A stretch of DNA of 64,000 bases, taken from assembly GCA_963768855.1 (NCBI GenBank), contig CAVYJM010000011.1, positions 192,001 through 256,000 of the forward strand, given 5' to 3'. The position numbers and the translations under genes were made by a program. Under the pieces are notes generated by a model. That model searched no databases, was not told the DNA's origin, and worked only from the letters and a program-made list of their open reading frames with translations. This DNA is from an uncultured Thermoplasmata archaeon (GTDB taxonomy: Archaea > Thermoplasmatota > Thermoplasmata > RBG-16-68-12). This document shows positions 63,949 through 64,000 of this stretch, piece by piece. The stretch's first letter is position 1. Each line of letters opens with the position of its first letter.

Positions 63949-64000
63949 CCTCCTTCGGAGGCCGCCCGAGCAGCACCACAGGAGAACGGTGCCCGCTCTT

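Overview
High-GC archaeal DNA, probably from a Thermoplasmata-type euryarchaeon. This is inferred from the rpl44e-rps27e-eIF2alpha-nop10-PAC2 operon, Bud32, Dph6, DUF835 and TATA/BRE-type promoters. 1-15.3 kb is mostly housekeeping, with tRNA-Pro(TGG) and tRNA-Glu(TTC). From tRNA-Glu to about 37.4 kb is an accessory array. The tRNA-Glu 3' end recurs three more times (25486, 35944, 37288), and short cargo genes are separated by about 11 same-strand copies of a bulged-hairpin repeat (core GAGCGGCCGGAAGGGC). Three of these copies are followed by an 11-6-11 palindrome with the same spacer, CACATG. No integrase lies inside this array. Its largest cargo is an alpha-glucan cluster (galT, glgA, two GH57 genes, glgM, maltokinase) with no glgE or glgC. 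38-44.4 kb is metabolic and includes an amine-catabolism-like cluster that shares an operator with a creatininase-family gene at 9.1 kb. tRNA-Val(GAC) is followed by an element with a tyrosine integrase, a serine recombinase, another hairpin copy and an inverted 17-bp copy of the tRNA T-arm. After that come nikR-cbiMNQO and a lower-GC defence island: a type IIG R-M fusion, a UDG-like plus HEPN pair, and a QatB/QatC-like module joined to DUF5131 and TcmP. The best candidates for undescribed systems are the tRNA-anchored, integron-like hairpin/cassette array and the QatC-like/DUF5131/TcmP operon. All calls come from motif recognition by eye; no searches were run.
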